Below, piece by piece: positions 25,230 to 34,862 of a stretch of DNA of 44,341 nucleotides. Within the stretch, counting starts at the first letter, position 1. Every line of letters begins with the position of its first letter. The notes beneath the pieces are model-generated. The model saw nothing but the letters and a program-made list of their open reading frames with translations. It ran no database searches and had not been told where the DNA came from. Source of the stretch: a virus (lineage: Duplodnaviria > Caudoviricetes); the IMG/VR virus record IMGVR_UViG_3300020467_001103, positions 1 to 44,341 of that record; one strand, given 5' to 3'. The position numbers were made by a program, and so were the translations under genes.

Positions 25230-25342
25230 TGTATTATGTAAGAAAACTTTTTACTAAAAAATTTTTCCTTGGTATTGGAAGTATTGGTGGATTTATATAT
25301 CTACTTGCATTACTTTTAAATTTTTTACAAGGAACAATATAA
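25229..25342 (+). CDS. Tiny membrane peptide (37 aa)
   Basis: TAATG coupling on both sides; hydrophobic. Confidence 0.5.
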   Translation: MYYVRKLFTKKFFLGIGSIGGFIYLLALLLNFLQGTI

Positions 25343-25569
25343 TGTACGCATGGATAAATTGGTATGTGCCAGATGAGAGAGTCAAGCATTATATCTTTTT
25401 TATGATTCTTGGACTATTTGTATTTCCATATCTTTTCCTAGGTATGAGGTTTACAATGTTTGGTTATCTAACAAACCTTTTATTGCTTGATGGATTATAT
25501 TATTTTATGTACAAGGCTCAAAAAAAATATTTAGACGATAAGGATGACAATGGAAACAATTCATTTTGA
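25342..25569 (+). CDS. Small two-TM membrane protein
   Basis: Two hydrophobic segments. Confidence 0.65.
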   Translation: MYAWINWYVPDERVKHYIFFMILGLFVFPYLFLGMRFTMFGYLTNLLLLDGLYYFMYKAQKKYLDDKDDNGNNSF

Positions 25570-25786
25570 TGATAAGTGTACCATAGAGTGTACAAGGAAT
25601 GGACAAAAGGTAGAGGCCGATATACTCAATTTTAGGGAGAATCAGTTTTTAAGTGTGGTATTCCAAAAAACAGTTAAATTACAATTACAATACAACGCAG
25701 AGAAGAGTGTGTATATTGGTAATATGAGTGGACTCGAATTCATCACTGAAGGTCCTGAAAAATTTGTAAGTAAACAAGGAAGATAA
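25544..25786 (+). CDS. Hypothetical phage protein
   Basis: 80 aa ORF, YIGNMSGLEF motif. Confidence 0.65.
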   Translation: MTMETIHFDDKCTIECTRNGQKVEADILNFRENQFLSVVFQKTVKLQLQYNAEKSVYIGNMSGLEFITEGPEKFVSKQGR

Positions 25787-25789
25787 ACA

Positions 25790-26821
25790 ATGGCGAAAAT
25801 TTGTGTAGTAGGTGCTGGTAAAATCGGCCGAATAGTAAACGCATTTCTAAAACTAGAAAAGCACGAAACATTTTTAGTAGATTCTAATACTGAGATTGAA
25901 AACGCAATCCATATAGATGCAAACGATGAATCCGCACTAACGGACTTTATCAAGGACAAAGACATAGTTGTTAGTTGTGCTTCTTATGATGCAAACATTT
26001 CTATAGCAGATGCCTGTGCGGCAAATGACGTTGCATATTTTGATCTTACAGAAGATGTTGCAGTATCCAATCATATCAAAGGATTAAAGACAGATGCGTT
26101 CATGATGCCACAGTCTGGATTGGCTCCAGGAGCAGTAAACATAATAGCATCTGATCTAATTAAAAAATTTAGTAGAGTAGACAAAGTTAAAATGAGGGTT
26201 GGTGCGTTGCCAATGTTCACAGCCAATAGTATGGCATATTACTTAACATGGTCAACATCTGGATTGATAAACGAATACATCAACGAAGTTGACATTATAG
26301 CAGGTGGTAAACCAATAAAAGTACAACCACTTGACGGACTAGAACATTTATTCATAGACGGAAACAAGTATGAAGCATTCAACACTTCGGGAGGAGTTGC
26401 TTCTATGTGTGATACATTTGCTGGTAAAGTTAAAACAATGAGTTACAAAACAATCAGATATCCAGGACATCATGCAAGTATGAAGTTTTTATTAGAGGAT
26501 CTTAATTTAAAACATAACAAAGAAAAATTTATAGACCTATTTGACCAAGAAGTTCCTTACACTACAAAAGATGTGGTAGTAATGTTTATCACAGTAATTG
26601 GAGTAATAGATGGCAAGTTGCAGGAAAGAACGTTCCAAAAGAAAATTTACGGTGACAAGGCTCTTAATGCAATTCAAAGAACAACGGCTTCAGGAGTGTG
26701 TGCAGTTGTACAAGCATACGCAGAAGGTAAACTGACAGGCTCAGGATTCCAAAAACAGGAAGATGTGCCATTTGAAGTTTTCACAAGCAACAAATTTGGG
26801 AAATTATATGAACAGGACTGA
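25790..26821 (+). CDS. Saccharopine-dehydrogenase family oxidoreductase, L-lysine 6-dehydrogenase-like
   Basis: GAGKIG Rossmann, YFDLTEDV, GLAPG, RVGALP, LTWSTSGLINEY, EAFNTSGG, YKTIRYPGH. Confidence 0.88.
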   Translation: MAKICVVGAGKIGRIVNAFLKLEKHETFLVDSNTEIENAIHIDANDESALTDFIKDKDIVVSCASYDANISIADACAANDVAYFDLTEDVAVSNHIKGLKTDAFMMPQSGLAPGAVNIIASDLIKKFSRVDKVKMRVGALPMFTANSMAYYLTWSTSGLINEYINEVDIIAGGKPIKVQPLDGLEHLFIDGNKYEAFNTSGGVASMCDTFAGKVKTMSYKTIRYPGHHASMKFLLEDLNLKHNKEKFIDLFDQEVPYTTKDVVVMFITVIGVIDGKLQERTFQKKIYGDKALNAIQRTTASGVCAVVQAYAEGKLTGSGFQKQEDVPFEVFTSNKFGKLYEQD

Positions 26822-28187
26822 TTACGATAAGGTAATTGAAAGAGCAGTAGAGATTCAAAAAGAATGGCGTAATATACCAGCACCCGGCAGAGGTGATCTA
26901 ATTAGAGTATTTGGCAACGAACTACGTGATGTTATCATGCCGATTGGTAATGCCATAATGAAAGACGCAAAAAAGATCAGAGCAGAAGCAGTTGGAGAAG
27001 TTCAAGAGGCAATTGATATGTGTGATTTCGCAGTAGGATTATCTAGACAGTTGTATGGATTGACAATACAGAGTGAAAGACCGCAACACAAACTTCAAGA
27101 AATTTATAATCCACTAGGAGTTGTTGGAGTGATTACAGCCTTCAATTTTCCTTGTGCCGTTTGGGCATGGAATCATTGTCTAGCGATGGTGTGTGGAAAT
27201 AGTGTTGTATGGAAAGGTTCACCCAAAGCAAAAAATGTGACTGAGATATGTAAAAAGTCTTGGGACAGAGCAGTAGAAAAAACATTTCCTGAACCTTGGT
27301 TTAAATTTAAAGACTTACTACAAGTTGTAGATGGAGATAAAGAAGAAGCAGAATGGATGGCTGACGACAGTAGAATTAATTTGTTAAGTGCCACTGGTTC
27401 GACAGCAATGGGTAAAGCATTGGCTCCTAGAGTATCAGCAAGAATGGGTAAAGCATTATACGAACTAGGCGGAAACAATGGAATGATAGTATCTGATAAG
27501 GCAAACATAGATTTAGCAGTAAGAGGAATTGTATTTGGTGCAGTTGGTACGGCAGGACAAAGATGCACCACTTTAAGAAGATTAATTGTGCATGAGTCTG
27601 TATATGATGATTTAATGTCTAAATTAAAACCTGCATATGCAAGTTTACCAGTTGGTGATAATTTTGATGAATCCACTTTGGTTGGACCACTTATCAATCA
27701 AGAGTCTGTAGATAGAATGCAATCTGTGTTAGAACAAGCCAAAGCAAAAGGATATATAGTTCACGGTGGTGAAGTTGTTGAAGGGTGTTCTGTGAGACCC
27801 GCTATTGTTGAAGCAACAGAACAATGTGATTTAATTAAGACAGAAACATTTGCACCCATTTTATACGTGTTAAAATATTCGGATCTAGATGAAGCAATAA
27901 ATATTCATAACGCAGTTCCGCAAGGATTAAGTTCTTGTATATTCACTGACAGTGTTCAAGAGGCAGAACTTTTTACATCGGCAATAGGTTCCGATTGTGG
28001 TATTGTTAATATTAACATTGGACCAAGCGGTGCGGAAATTGGCGGTGCATTCGGTGGTGAGAAAGACACTGGTGGTGGACGTGAGTCTGGTTCTGATGCA
28101 TGGAAACAATACATGAGAAGAAGCACAGTCACAATCAACTACGGAAAATCATTACCATTAGCACAAGGAATTAAATTCGGAGACTAA
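26808..28187 (+). CDS. ALDH7 family alpha-aminoadipic semialdehyde / P6C dehydrogenase
   Basis: SRQLYG..SERP, TAFNFP, ELGGNN, GTAGQRCTT, ETFAP, GAEIGGAFGGEK.TGGGRESGSDAWK.Y, LPLAQGIKF. Confidence 0.93.
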   Translation: MNRTDYDKVIERAVEIQKEWRNIPAPGRGDLIRVFGNELRDVIMPIGNAIMKDAKKIRAEAVGEVQEAIDMCDFAVGLSRQLYGLTIQSERPQHKLQEIYNPLGVVGVITAFNFPCAVWAWNHCLAMVCGNSVVWKGSPKAKNVTEICKKSWDRAVEKTFPEPWFKFKDLLQVVDGDKEEAEWMADDSRINLLSATGSTAMGKALAPRVSARMGKALYELGGNNGMIVSDKANIDLAVRGIVFGAVGTAGQRCTTLRRLIVHESVYDDLMSKLKPAYASLPVGDNFDESTLVGPLINQESVDRMQSVLEQAKAKGYIVHGGEVVEGCSVRPAIVEATEQCDLIKTETFAPILYVLKYSDLDEAINIHNAVPQGLSSCIFTDSVQEAELFTSAIGSDCGIVNINIGPSGAEIGGAFGGEKDTGGGRESGSDAWKQYMRRSTVTINYGKSLPLAQGIKFGD

Positions 28188-28188
28188 A

Positions 28189-28782
28189 ATGCCAAAAGGC
28201 TTTTATAAAGATCCTGAACTTAAATTCGATCTTGACAAAATGCAGTCAGCATTACAAGACGTAGACTCACGTGTGGCTAGACAATCGCCGTTAGGTGAAA
28301 GAGATATCAATGCAATATGTCTAACTCAAATACCAAATGATCCAAATTCAATCACAGGTGGAAATGTAAGAGGATTGTATTGGACTAAACCAGACAGCAC
28401 GTACGAAGAAGTCCAGAGAGAAGAAGTAATAGATGAAGTGCAGTATTCAGAATTTGTAAAACTATTCGAAGACACATATTTCAAAGAGATGTATGATGCA
28501 ATTACCAAAAAATACAAACTTGGTAGAGTTAGATTACTTTGGAAACTTCCAAGAACCACATTAAGTTGGCATAGAGATCCAGAACCAAGATTGCACATTC
28601 CAATAGTATCAAATTTTGGTGCTAGGATGTGTGTTGATACTGAAGTTCGTCATATGCCTGCAGATGGTTCTGTATGGATCACAGACAATACCAAATATCA
28701 TAATGCTTTCAATGGTGGAGAAGAGGATAGAGTTCATCTTGTTGCCACTGTTTTGGATTGCGATATGTCCATCTTCGAATAA
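28189..28782 (+). CDS. Aspartyl/asparaginyl beta-hydroxylase-like 2OG-Fe(II) oxygenase
   Basis: WHRD..RLHIPI, YHNAFNGG..RVHLV. Confidence 0.85.
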   Translation: MPKGFYKDPELKFDLDKMQSALQDVDSRVARQSPLGERDINAICLTQIPNDPNSITGGNVRGLYWTKPDSTYEEVQREEVIDEVQYSEFVKLFEDTYFKEMYDAITKKYKLGRVRLLWKLPRTTLSWHRDPEPRLHIPIVSNFGARMCVDTEVRHMPADGSVWITDNTKYHNAFNGGEEDRVHLVATVLDCDMSIFE

Positions 28783-28809
28783 TTTGGTAAAACACTTTCC
28801 CAAAAAACC

Positions 28810-28838
28810 TTGACTTAAAGTACCTAAGACTGTATATT
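28810..28838 (+). promoter_or_regulatory. Sigma70-type promoter
   Basis: TTGACT-N17-TATATT with extended TG. Confidence 0.7.
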
Positions 28839-28888
28839 AATATTATATGTTAAAAACGATAACAAATATCTTTAGAGGAGATATCTCG

Positions 28889-29143
28889 ATGACAAAAACA
28901 GCAACAATCCAGAACAGAGTAGAATCTGCTTTACTATCTGGTGCGGCATTAACATCAAGTGCTATTAAAAATAGATTTGGTGCTGGTAACCCACAGGCAG
29001 TAATACAAGCATTAAGATTCAAAGGTATCCCTGTATTCTTAAACACTAACAAAAGAAGTGGTGTAAAAGTTTACAGAACTGGTAAAGCACCGAAATCAGT
29101 AGTAGGCGCTGGATACAAAGCGATTGCAAAAGGTTTAATTTAA
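28889..29143 (+). CDS. Winged HTH-like small DNA-binding phage protein
   Basis: ALLSG.ALT...I..RFG..NP...I..LR pattern; GAGGAG SD. Confidence 0.75.
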   Translation: MTKTATIQNRVESALLSGAALTSSAIKNRFGAGNPQAVIQALRFKGIPVFLNTNKRSGVKVYRTGKAPKSVVGAGYKAIAKGLI

Positions 29144-29167
29144 TAATTAAATTTTTATAAATTGATT

Positions 29168-29199
29168 AAAATAGGCGGCTTTATGTCGCCTATTTTTTT
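29168..29199 (+). terminator. Rho-independent terminator
   Basis: ATAGGCGGC-TTTAT-GTCGCCTAT plus T tract. Confidence 0.85.
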
Positions 29200-29202
29200 G
29201 AC

Positions 29203-29231
29203 TTGACTTTCAACTAATTTGCCTATATAAT
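29203..29231 (+). promoter_or_regulatory. Sigma70-type promoter
   Basis: TTGACT-N17-TATAAT. Confidence 0.8.
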
Positions 29232-29251
29232 TTAAAAATAAGGAAAAAATT

Positions 29252-29509
29252 ATGAGTGAATTTAAACAAGGTATTTTTAACATACTTAAAAAATTAGGAA
29301 CAAGCAGTTTAGCACTTGCCTTAATTTATACCGCAGGACATATCATAATTGCAATGTCAGTTGTTAGTGTAATGACTGGTGCAAGTCTTTGGGAGGCTGG
29401 TGCAGTTGCATTGATTGAACCTAGTATAAATGGGGTTTGGTTCTATGTTTTACACAATATTTGGCGAAAATTCAGCGGAAATCCTAACGCAAAAGCATTC
29501 AACGATTAA
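29252..29509 (+). CDS. DUF2061-like small membrane protein
   Basis: IYTAGHIIIA, ALIEPSINGVWFYVLH. Confidence 0.75.
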   Translation: MSEFKQGIFNILKKLGTSSLALALIYTAGHIIIAMSVVSVMTGASLWEAGAVALIEPSINGVWFYVLHNIWRKFSGNPNAKAFND

Positions 29510-29550
29510 AAAGCCGCATAAACACTGGCTTTTTTGACCTATCTTTCTGG

Positions 29551-29580
29551 TTGACTTTTTGGTACTTCAGACATTATAAT
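29551..29580 (+). promoter_or_regulatory. Sigma70-type promoter
   Basis: TTGACT-N18-TATAAT. Confidence 0.7.
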
Positions 29581-29607
29581 AATACTATAAACAACAAGAA
29601 AGGCACC

Positions 29608-29985
29608 ATGCAAAAACAAATAGAACAATACATAGAAAACATTAAAAAAGACTACGTTGGTTTTGGAAGACCACAAAGTAAAACTCAACTAGAAGTTCAC
29701 GAAAATATGAAGAATGAGTTCAACGATAGTATTAGAGTTGAACCTGGTAAGAAGTATATTAAGATTACTACTGCCATTGGAACTAGCAGATCAGTTCATT
29801 CATTTTTAGCGGCAAAAGACTTCACTACTTCAAAAGGTGTGCAGTTTAAAAAAGGTGATATCCTTAAGGCGGCTAGTTGGCAAAATCCAACTTTGAATGC
29901 TCCAAGAGGTAACATTTTTGGTGATTATGTCGTTAAATGGACTGGTGCGTGTTATATGGACGGTCAAAAAAGAATATTAGTTTAA
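29608..29985 (+). CDS. Conserved phage early protein
   Basis: GKKYIKI, SVHSF, KGDILKAASW..P..NAPRGNIF. Confidence 0.75.
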   Translation: MQKQIEQYIENIKKDYVGFGRPQSKTQLEVHENMKNEFNDSIRVEPGKKYIKITTAIGTSRSVHSFLAAKDFTTSKGVQFKKGDILKAASWQNPTLNAPRGNIFGDYVVKWTGACYMDGQKRILV

Positions 29986-30005
29986 TTAACATAGAAAGGG
30001 AAACC

Positions 30006-30386
30006 ATGCAAACTCAAGAAAAACAAGTAGTTAAATTTATGAACCACAAAGTAGATCCTACATACATTTGGCACACTGCCAAAGATGCGGCTATTAAGGC
30101 AGTTGACGAGTACATGAAGGACAAAGAGGAGCCTATGTACTGTGGTTTCGCAAATGTTAAAATCAGACCTGCAAAAGGTAAATTCGTTAATTTCTTAAAA
30201 CAACAAGAAATTGGTGATATAGCATACAAAGGTGGTTGGAGAATATCCTACTACGATATTATGCCAAAAAGTCATCCTTGGAGATGTACACAATCTATGG
30301 ATATTAAAGAAGTTGGTTGTGATGCGTTCGCAAATGCTTTGGAATCTTTTGGTTTAGATTGCATAAGTGAAAGTAGAGCAGACTAA
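30006..30386 (+). CDS. Conserved phage hypothetical protein
   Basis: CGFANV, QSMDIKE, SRAD C-terminus. Confidence 0.75.
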   Translation: MQTQEKQVVKFMNHKVDPTYIWHTAKDAAIKAVDEYMKDKEEPMYCGFANVKIRPAKGKFVNFLKQQEIGDIAYKGGWRISYYDIMPKSHPWRCTQSMDIKEVGCDAFANALESFGLDCISESRAD

Positions 30387-30390
30387 TAGG

Positions 30391-30419
30391 TTGACTTTTT
30401 TGAATAAAGAAAGTAAAAT
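30391..30419 (+). promoter_or_regulatory. Sigma70-type promoter
   Basis: TTGACT-N17-TAAAAT. Confidence 0.65.
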
Positions 30420-30461
30420 AATGAATAAGAAAAGGCAAACATAAAGGCAAGAAAGGGCACA

Positions 30462-31463
30462 ATGCAAAACACAATATACGTTCTGGAAGGTTCTTACAGA
30501 AACAAATTAATAGAGAACCAATCATTCCAATTACTAAAAGCATATCAACCACATCCGCACAAGGAAGGTGGATACATCACAGTTAAGATAGATCCTAAAG
30601 ACTATCCTGGAGCAACATCAGACAAGATTAAGGTAAACGTGGTGAGCGAGAATCAATTGAGAGATTCGGCTCCTGAACAACCTAAAGAAGAGAGCGATTC
30701 CGAAACTGTGGAAAGAATGAGAAAAAGATTCACAATCTTAGACAGCATGACAAAGGCTTGTAAAAAAGGTGATGTGAGAGCAATGATTGTATCGGGACCT
30801 CCAGGTGTTGGTAAGAGTTATGGAGTAGAAACTGTATTGGATAGATATGGAGTTGTATCTACACTTGGCAACACGGCACCAAAGTATGAAGTTGTAAAAG
30901 GTGCAATGTCTCCAATTGGTTTATATTGTAAACTTTATAATTATTCTGGTGCTGATAATGTATTGGTATTTGATGACTGTGATAGCATATTACTAGATGA
31001 TTTAAGTTTGAACATACTTAAGGCGGCACTTGATTCTAAAAAAACTAGAAGAATATGTTGGAACACAGACTCCCATATGTTAAGAAGAGAGGGTGTGCCT
31101 GATACTTTTAACTTTGCTGGTTCAGTTATTTTTATTACAAATATTAAATTCGATAATGTAAAGAGTAAGAAGTTGAGAGATCATTTAGAAGCATTAGAGA
31201 GTAGATGTCATTATATTGACCTTACTATTGACACAATTAGAGAAAAGATCCTAAGGATTAAACAAATTGTAAATGACGGTATGTTAAAAAGTTATTCACT
31301 ACCAAAAGAAACAGAAGAAGGTATTGTGGCTTTTATAGATGAATACAAAAGACAATTAAGAGAAATAAGTTTGAGAACGGTTCTTAAGATTGCGGATTTG
31401 GCAAAGTCTTTTCCAGACAATTGGCAAGAAATGGCAAAACAAACTGTTTTAAAACCTGTATAA
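30462..31463 (+). CDS. AAA+ ATPase
   Basis: Walker A GPPGVGKS, Walker B VLVFDDCD, IFITN, ALESR. Confidence 0.9.
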   Translation: MQNTIYVLEGSYRNKLIENQSFQLLKAYQPHPHKEGGYITVKIDPKDYPGATSDKIKVNVVSENQLRDSAPEQPKEESDSETVERMRKRFTILDSMTKACKKGDVRAMIVSGPPGVGKSYGVETVLDRYGVVSTLGNTAPKYEVVKGAMSPIGLYCKLYNYSGADNVLVFDDCDSILLDDLSLNILKAALDSKKTRRICWNTDSHMLRREGVPDTFNFAGSVIFITNIKFDNVKSKKLRDHLEALESRCHYIDLTIDTIREKILRIKQIVNDGMLKSYSLPKETEEGIVAFIDEYKRQLREISLRTVLKIADLAKSFPDNWQEMAKQTVLKPV

Positions 31464-31481
31464 TGGAGTTATAATAAACGC

Positions 31482-31613
31482 ATGAAAAAGTACAAAAGAA
31501 ATTGGTTAGAAAGAAAACTTGATGAATACAATCATACTATGGAATTGATTAGAACAATTCTCCCGATTGCTATATTAATCATACAAGTTATAATATTATT
31601 GAAGGTATTATGA
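31482..31613 (+). CDS. Small membrane peptide (43 aa)
   Basis: MKKYKRNWLERKLDEYNHTMELIRTILPIAILIIQVIILLKVL. Confidence 0.55.
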   Translation: MKKYKRNWLERKLDEYNHTMELIRTILPIAILIIQVIILLKVL

Positions 31614-31777
31614 TAGTACAATTATTAAATGATCTGAAGAAGATGAGAGATGATATGGTTGCTAGGAACTATCCGTTTCAGCAGTTATCTAATTTAATTG
31701 TGAAATATGAAAATTTACTTGATGAACAAAAGACACCAAGTGAAAAACTACAAGATGATTTGGAGCCAATAGAATGA
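31610..31777 (+). CDS. Small hypothetical protein (55 aa)
   Basis: ATGA overlaps on both ends. Confidence 0.55.
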   Translation: MIVQLLNDLKKMRDDMVARNYPFQQLSNLIVKYENLLDEQKTPSEKLQDDLEPIE

Positions 31778-33108
31778 GAACACAACCACAAGAAGTTATT
31801 GCAAAACTAGAAGCAGACAATAGTAGACTAGCAAAGGAGAAGATATTGTTAGATGCTATGAATGAAGGACTAGATGAGTTCTTCGAAGGCTTGAAGATGT
31901 GTCTGGATAAGTTGTACACGTTTGGAGTGAAGCAAGTTCCAACAAAAGATGAAGTTGTTGCAGGACAAGGATGTCCTTGGAAGGTATTCAAAGAACTTGC
32001 AGAAAAACTTTACAATAGAGAATTGACTGGACACAATGCCAGAGATGCCATAAACCTTGTGATGAGTTCAGCGACAGCAGAACAATGGAATGGTTTCTAT
32101 AGAAGAATATTAATAAAAGATTTGCGTTGCGGAGTTTCAGAAAAGACTGTGAACTCCGTTGCAAAAAAGAACAAGTTTGGCAAGTACATGGTGCCCGTGT
32201 TTACTTGCCAACTTGCCCATGATTCAGCAAACCATGAAAAGAAGTTGGTGGGCGAGAAGATGTTAGAAGTTAAACTAGATGGTGTAAGAACTTTGGCTAT
32301 CGTACATCCAGATGGCAAAGTAGATATGTTGAGTAGGAATGGTAAGGAGTTTACGAACTTTGGACATATACAAGAAGAAATATCCGCAGTTGTAAAACAA
32401 GATCCACCACCATATCCTTTGGTGCTAGATGGTGAAGTGATGAGTGAGAACTTCCAGGACCTTATGAAACAGGTTCATAGAAAAGGAAGTGCTAATGCCA
32501 AAGATGCAGTATTGCATTTATTCGATTTCATTCCATTAGAGGATTTTAAAAAGGGTAAATGGGACAAAACACAAACAATGAGAACTGCCATGTTGAAGGC
32601 TTGGTACCAAAAGCATGATACCAATTTAAACGCCGTTAGAGTGCTGGATCATGAAATTGTGAACTTAGACACACCCGAAGGTCAGAAGACGTACACAGAG
32701 GTGAATAAAAGGGCCGTAGAGGGAGGATATGAGGGTATTATGATTAAAGATCTCAATGCTCCTTATGAATGCAAAAGAAGTCATGCTTGGTTGAAGTTAA
32801 AACCATTCATAGAGGTTAGTTTGGAAATTAAAGCAACAGAAGAAGGTACTGGCAGAAATGTTGGTAAATTAGGTGCTTTGATTTGTGAGGGAACAGATGA
32901 TGGCAAGAAGATTAAAACTAATGTTGGATCTGGATTGAGTGATGACAATAGAGATATATTTTGGAAAAGCAAAGACAAACTGATTGGACAAATTGTAGAA
33001 GTTAGAGCAGATGCTATTACAAAGAATCAAGACAGTGAAGATGAATACAGTCTAAGATTTCCAAGATTTATGAGATTCAGAGGATTTGAAATAGGAGAAA
33101 AAATATGA
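31774..33108 (+). CDS. ATP-dependent DNA ligase
   Basis: EVKLDGVR motif I, LDGE, FDFI, YEGIMIK, WLKLK, LRFPRF. Confidence 0.96.
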   Translation: MRTQPQEVIAKLEADNSRLAKEKILLDAMNEGLDEFFEGLKMCLDKLYTFGVKQVPTKDEVVAGQGCPWKVFKELAEKLYNRELTGHNARDAINLVMSSATAEQWNGFYRRILIKDLRCGVSEKTVNSVAKKNKFGKYMVPVFTCQLAHDSANHEKKLVGEKMLEVKLDGVRTLAIVHPDGKVDMLSRNGKEFTNFGHIQEEISAVVKQDPPPYPLVLDGEVMSENFQDLMKQVHRKGSANAKDAVLHLFDFIPLEDFKKGKWDKTQTMRTAMLKAWYQKHDTNLNAVRVLDHEIVNLDTPEGQKTYTEVNKRAVEGGYEGIMIKDLNAPYECKRSHAWLKLKPFIEVSLEIKATEEGTGRNVGKLGALICEGTDDGKKIKTNVGSGLSDDNRDIFWKSKDKLIGQIVEVRADAITKNQDSEDEYSLRFPRFMRFRGFEIGEKI

Positions 33109-33335
33109 TATCAGAATATGATGCAGTAAAGAAGATATTGGATTCCAACCACATCACAGACATCGATGATATAGAATATGGTGGAGAATGTTTTGACGAA
33201 CTAATGGATTATTTCGCAGATGAGATGCCATACGGAGTAAAGAAGGCAAGAACAGGTATGCCTGATGAATGGATACATGAAAAGTTGATTGATCTTGGCT
33301 TCGACAAAGAAGAATTTGATTGGTGGGGTAGTTAG
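33105..33335 (+). CDS. Hypothetical acidic protein
   Basis: EMPYGVKKARTG.PDEWI motif. Confidence 0.7.
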   Translation: MISEYDAVKKILDSNHITDIDDIEYGGECFDELMDYFADEMPYGVKKARTGMPDEWIHEKLIDLGFDKEEFDWWGS

Positions 33336-33614
33336 ATGAGTAGAGGGTTTATGTTCAAAACAATACTAATTTACGAGGCACTTGCCATAGTAGGTTGGAA
33401 TATTATGGCTAGAACAGAAGCCGACTATGAAAAATGGTTATTTGAAAATATCCATGCAGTAGTTTATATAACACTATCAACGACAATGTTATTTGTCACT
33501 ATGGTTTATGTAATACAATGGAGTTTAGACAAATTAGGTTTAAGAAGAAAAATGGCAGAACTACAAGATCCAAGGAGAACAGATGAAGAGAAAAAGAAAA
33601 TTAAAACTCAGTAA
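33336..33614 (+). CDS. Membrane protein
   Basis: Two hydrophobic segments. Confidence 0.6.
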   Translation: MSRGFMFKTILIYEALAIVGWNIMARTEADYEKWLFENIHAVVYITLSTTMLFVTMVYVIQWSLDKLGLRRKMAELQDPRRTDEEKKKIKTQ

Positions 33615-33783
33615 GAAAAAGGAAGAGTGGACTTTCACTAAATGGGACGGTCCTCCATATTCTTATAGTGTTAAAGTAAATGGAACATTAAAACGTATGT
33701 CTGGCTTTGATGTGGAACACATACAAAATCAATTATATCCTAGAAAAGCCACTATGATAAGAAAGGTAAAAGATGAAGACTAA
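33583..33783 (+). CDS. Small hypothetical protein
   Basis: AGGAG SD; tiling path. Confidence 0.5.
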   Translation: MKRKRKLKLSKKKEEWTFTKWDGPPYSYSVKVNGTLKRMSGFDVEHIQNQLYPRKATMIRKVKDED

Positions 33784-33940
33784 AAAGGAACTTTACATTA
33801 ATGGTTTCACTAATAAAATAGATATCCTAACATCAATAAAGGAAACTATACAGGAAGGTAGTTATGTTTATGCAGAGGATATGTTAAACCAATTAATAGA
33901 TTATGAGGAGGAAGATGCCAAGAGCAAAGAAAAAATATAG
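33773..33940 (+). CDS. Small hypothetical protein (55 aa)
   Basis: MKTKKELYINGF...; fills gap. Confidence 0.5.
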   Translation: MKTKKELYINGFTNKIDILTSIKETIQEGSYVYAEDMLNQLIDYEEEDAKSKEKI

Positions 33941-34085
33941 TCAGATTGATCACATGGTGCAGATGGGAAGAGTGTCTGCATTGATGGAGGCATCTATATC
34001 ATTGAATAAACTTATTTTAAAAGAAAAACAAGCATTAAAAAAGATTGAACAATTAAGATTGGTAAAAGATATTAAAAATGACTAA
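33915..34085 (+). CDS. Small hypothetical protein
   Basis: GAGGAGG SD before ATG 33915. Confidence 0.55.
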   Translation: MPRAKKKYSQIDHMVQMGRVSALMEASISLNKLILKEKQALKKIEQLRLVKDIKND

Positions 34086-34269
34086 AGAAGTCGACATAAT
34101 AAAGAAAGCAATGGCGGACAACAAGAAAGTTTTCTTGAAAGAAATGAAACAACTGAACGATAAACTTGATGATTTGGACAAGCGTCTTACCAAACATATT
34201 GATTTTATAGAAAGGGTGTATGGGCCGTTATCAACAAGTATCGACAAGTTCAAGAAATTTTTTAGGTAG
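34078..34269 (+). CDS. Small coiled-coil protein
   Basis: LDKRLTKHIDFIERVY motif. Confidence 0.65.
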   Translation: MTKEVDIIKKAMADNKKVFLKEMKQLNDKLDDLDKRLTKHIDFIERVYGPLSTSIDKFKKFFR

Positions 34270-34273
34270 AAGT

Positions 34274-34693
34274 ATGGTGAATATAGAAGATTGTGGATGG
34301 TGTAACAAATTAAGGAATTGGGCGATAGATACTGCCACGATCCTGTTTGACGATAACCATAATGATTTGAGAGCATTACCTAAGACTGTTAGATTACAGA
34401 TATTGGTTGTGTTAAGTTTCGTATGGAGCACGGTGTTCACTATATATTTCTTTAACATATCAACAATGTTATATGGTTGGGTAGGATTAGTAATTGGTCA
34501 CTTGGGAATCATATTTGCAATGTACGTGACGTTCAAGCAGTTTCATAATGCACAGAAAAGATTTATTAATTATAAATTTGATGGATATCATTCTGCAGGT
34601 AGAACAAGAGGCTTTATGATAGGCAGAGATAAAAAAGGTAATCCATACAAAGTTTATTTTGATCCTAACGATCCAGGAGGCGAACATGAGTAA
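34274..34693 (+). CDS. Membrane protein
   Basis: Two TMs; C-terminal DPGGEHE. Confidence 0.7.
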   Translation: MVNIEDCGWCNKLRNWAIDTATILFDDNHNDLRALPKTVRLQILVVLSFVWSTVFTIYFFNISTMLYGWVGLVIGHLGIIFAMYVTFKQFHNAQKRFINYKFDGYHSAGRTRGFMIGRDKKGNPYKVYFDPNDPGGEHE

Positions 34694-34862
34694 ATGGATA
34701 GTGGGAGTAATAATGCTTGTGGTTATAGCAATGTTCTATAAAGGTATAGAAGTATTAGGTCCCAGCAACACAAATAGAGACGTGTTGTACGAAGGACCTA
34801 TCAAGTCAACAGAAGATAGATGGAAGGCGGCATTCGAATGGATGGAAAAGAGAAAAAATTAG
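34686..34862 (+). CDS. Small membrane-anchored protein
   Basis: AGGAGG SD; N-terminal TM. Confidence 0.6.
   Translation: MSKWIVGVIMLVVIAMFYKGIEVLGPSNTNRDVLYEGPIKSTEDRWKAAFEWMEKRKN

Noticed and set aside
26970-26976. Other in-frame A-AAA-AAG heptamers (also near 32163, 39971, 42900)
   Set aside because: Only A6, inside conserved enzyme domains where a shift would disrupt the protein; expected by chance in AT-rich DNA
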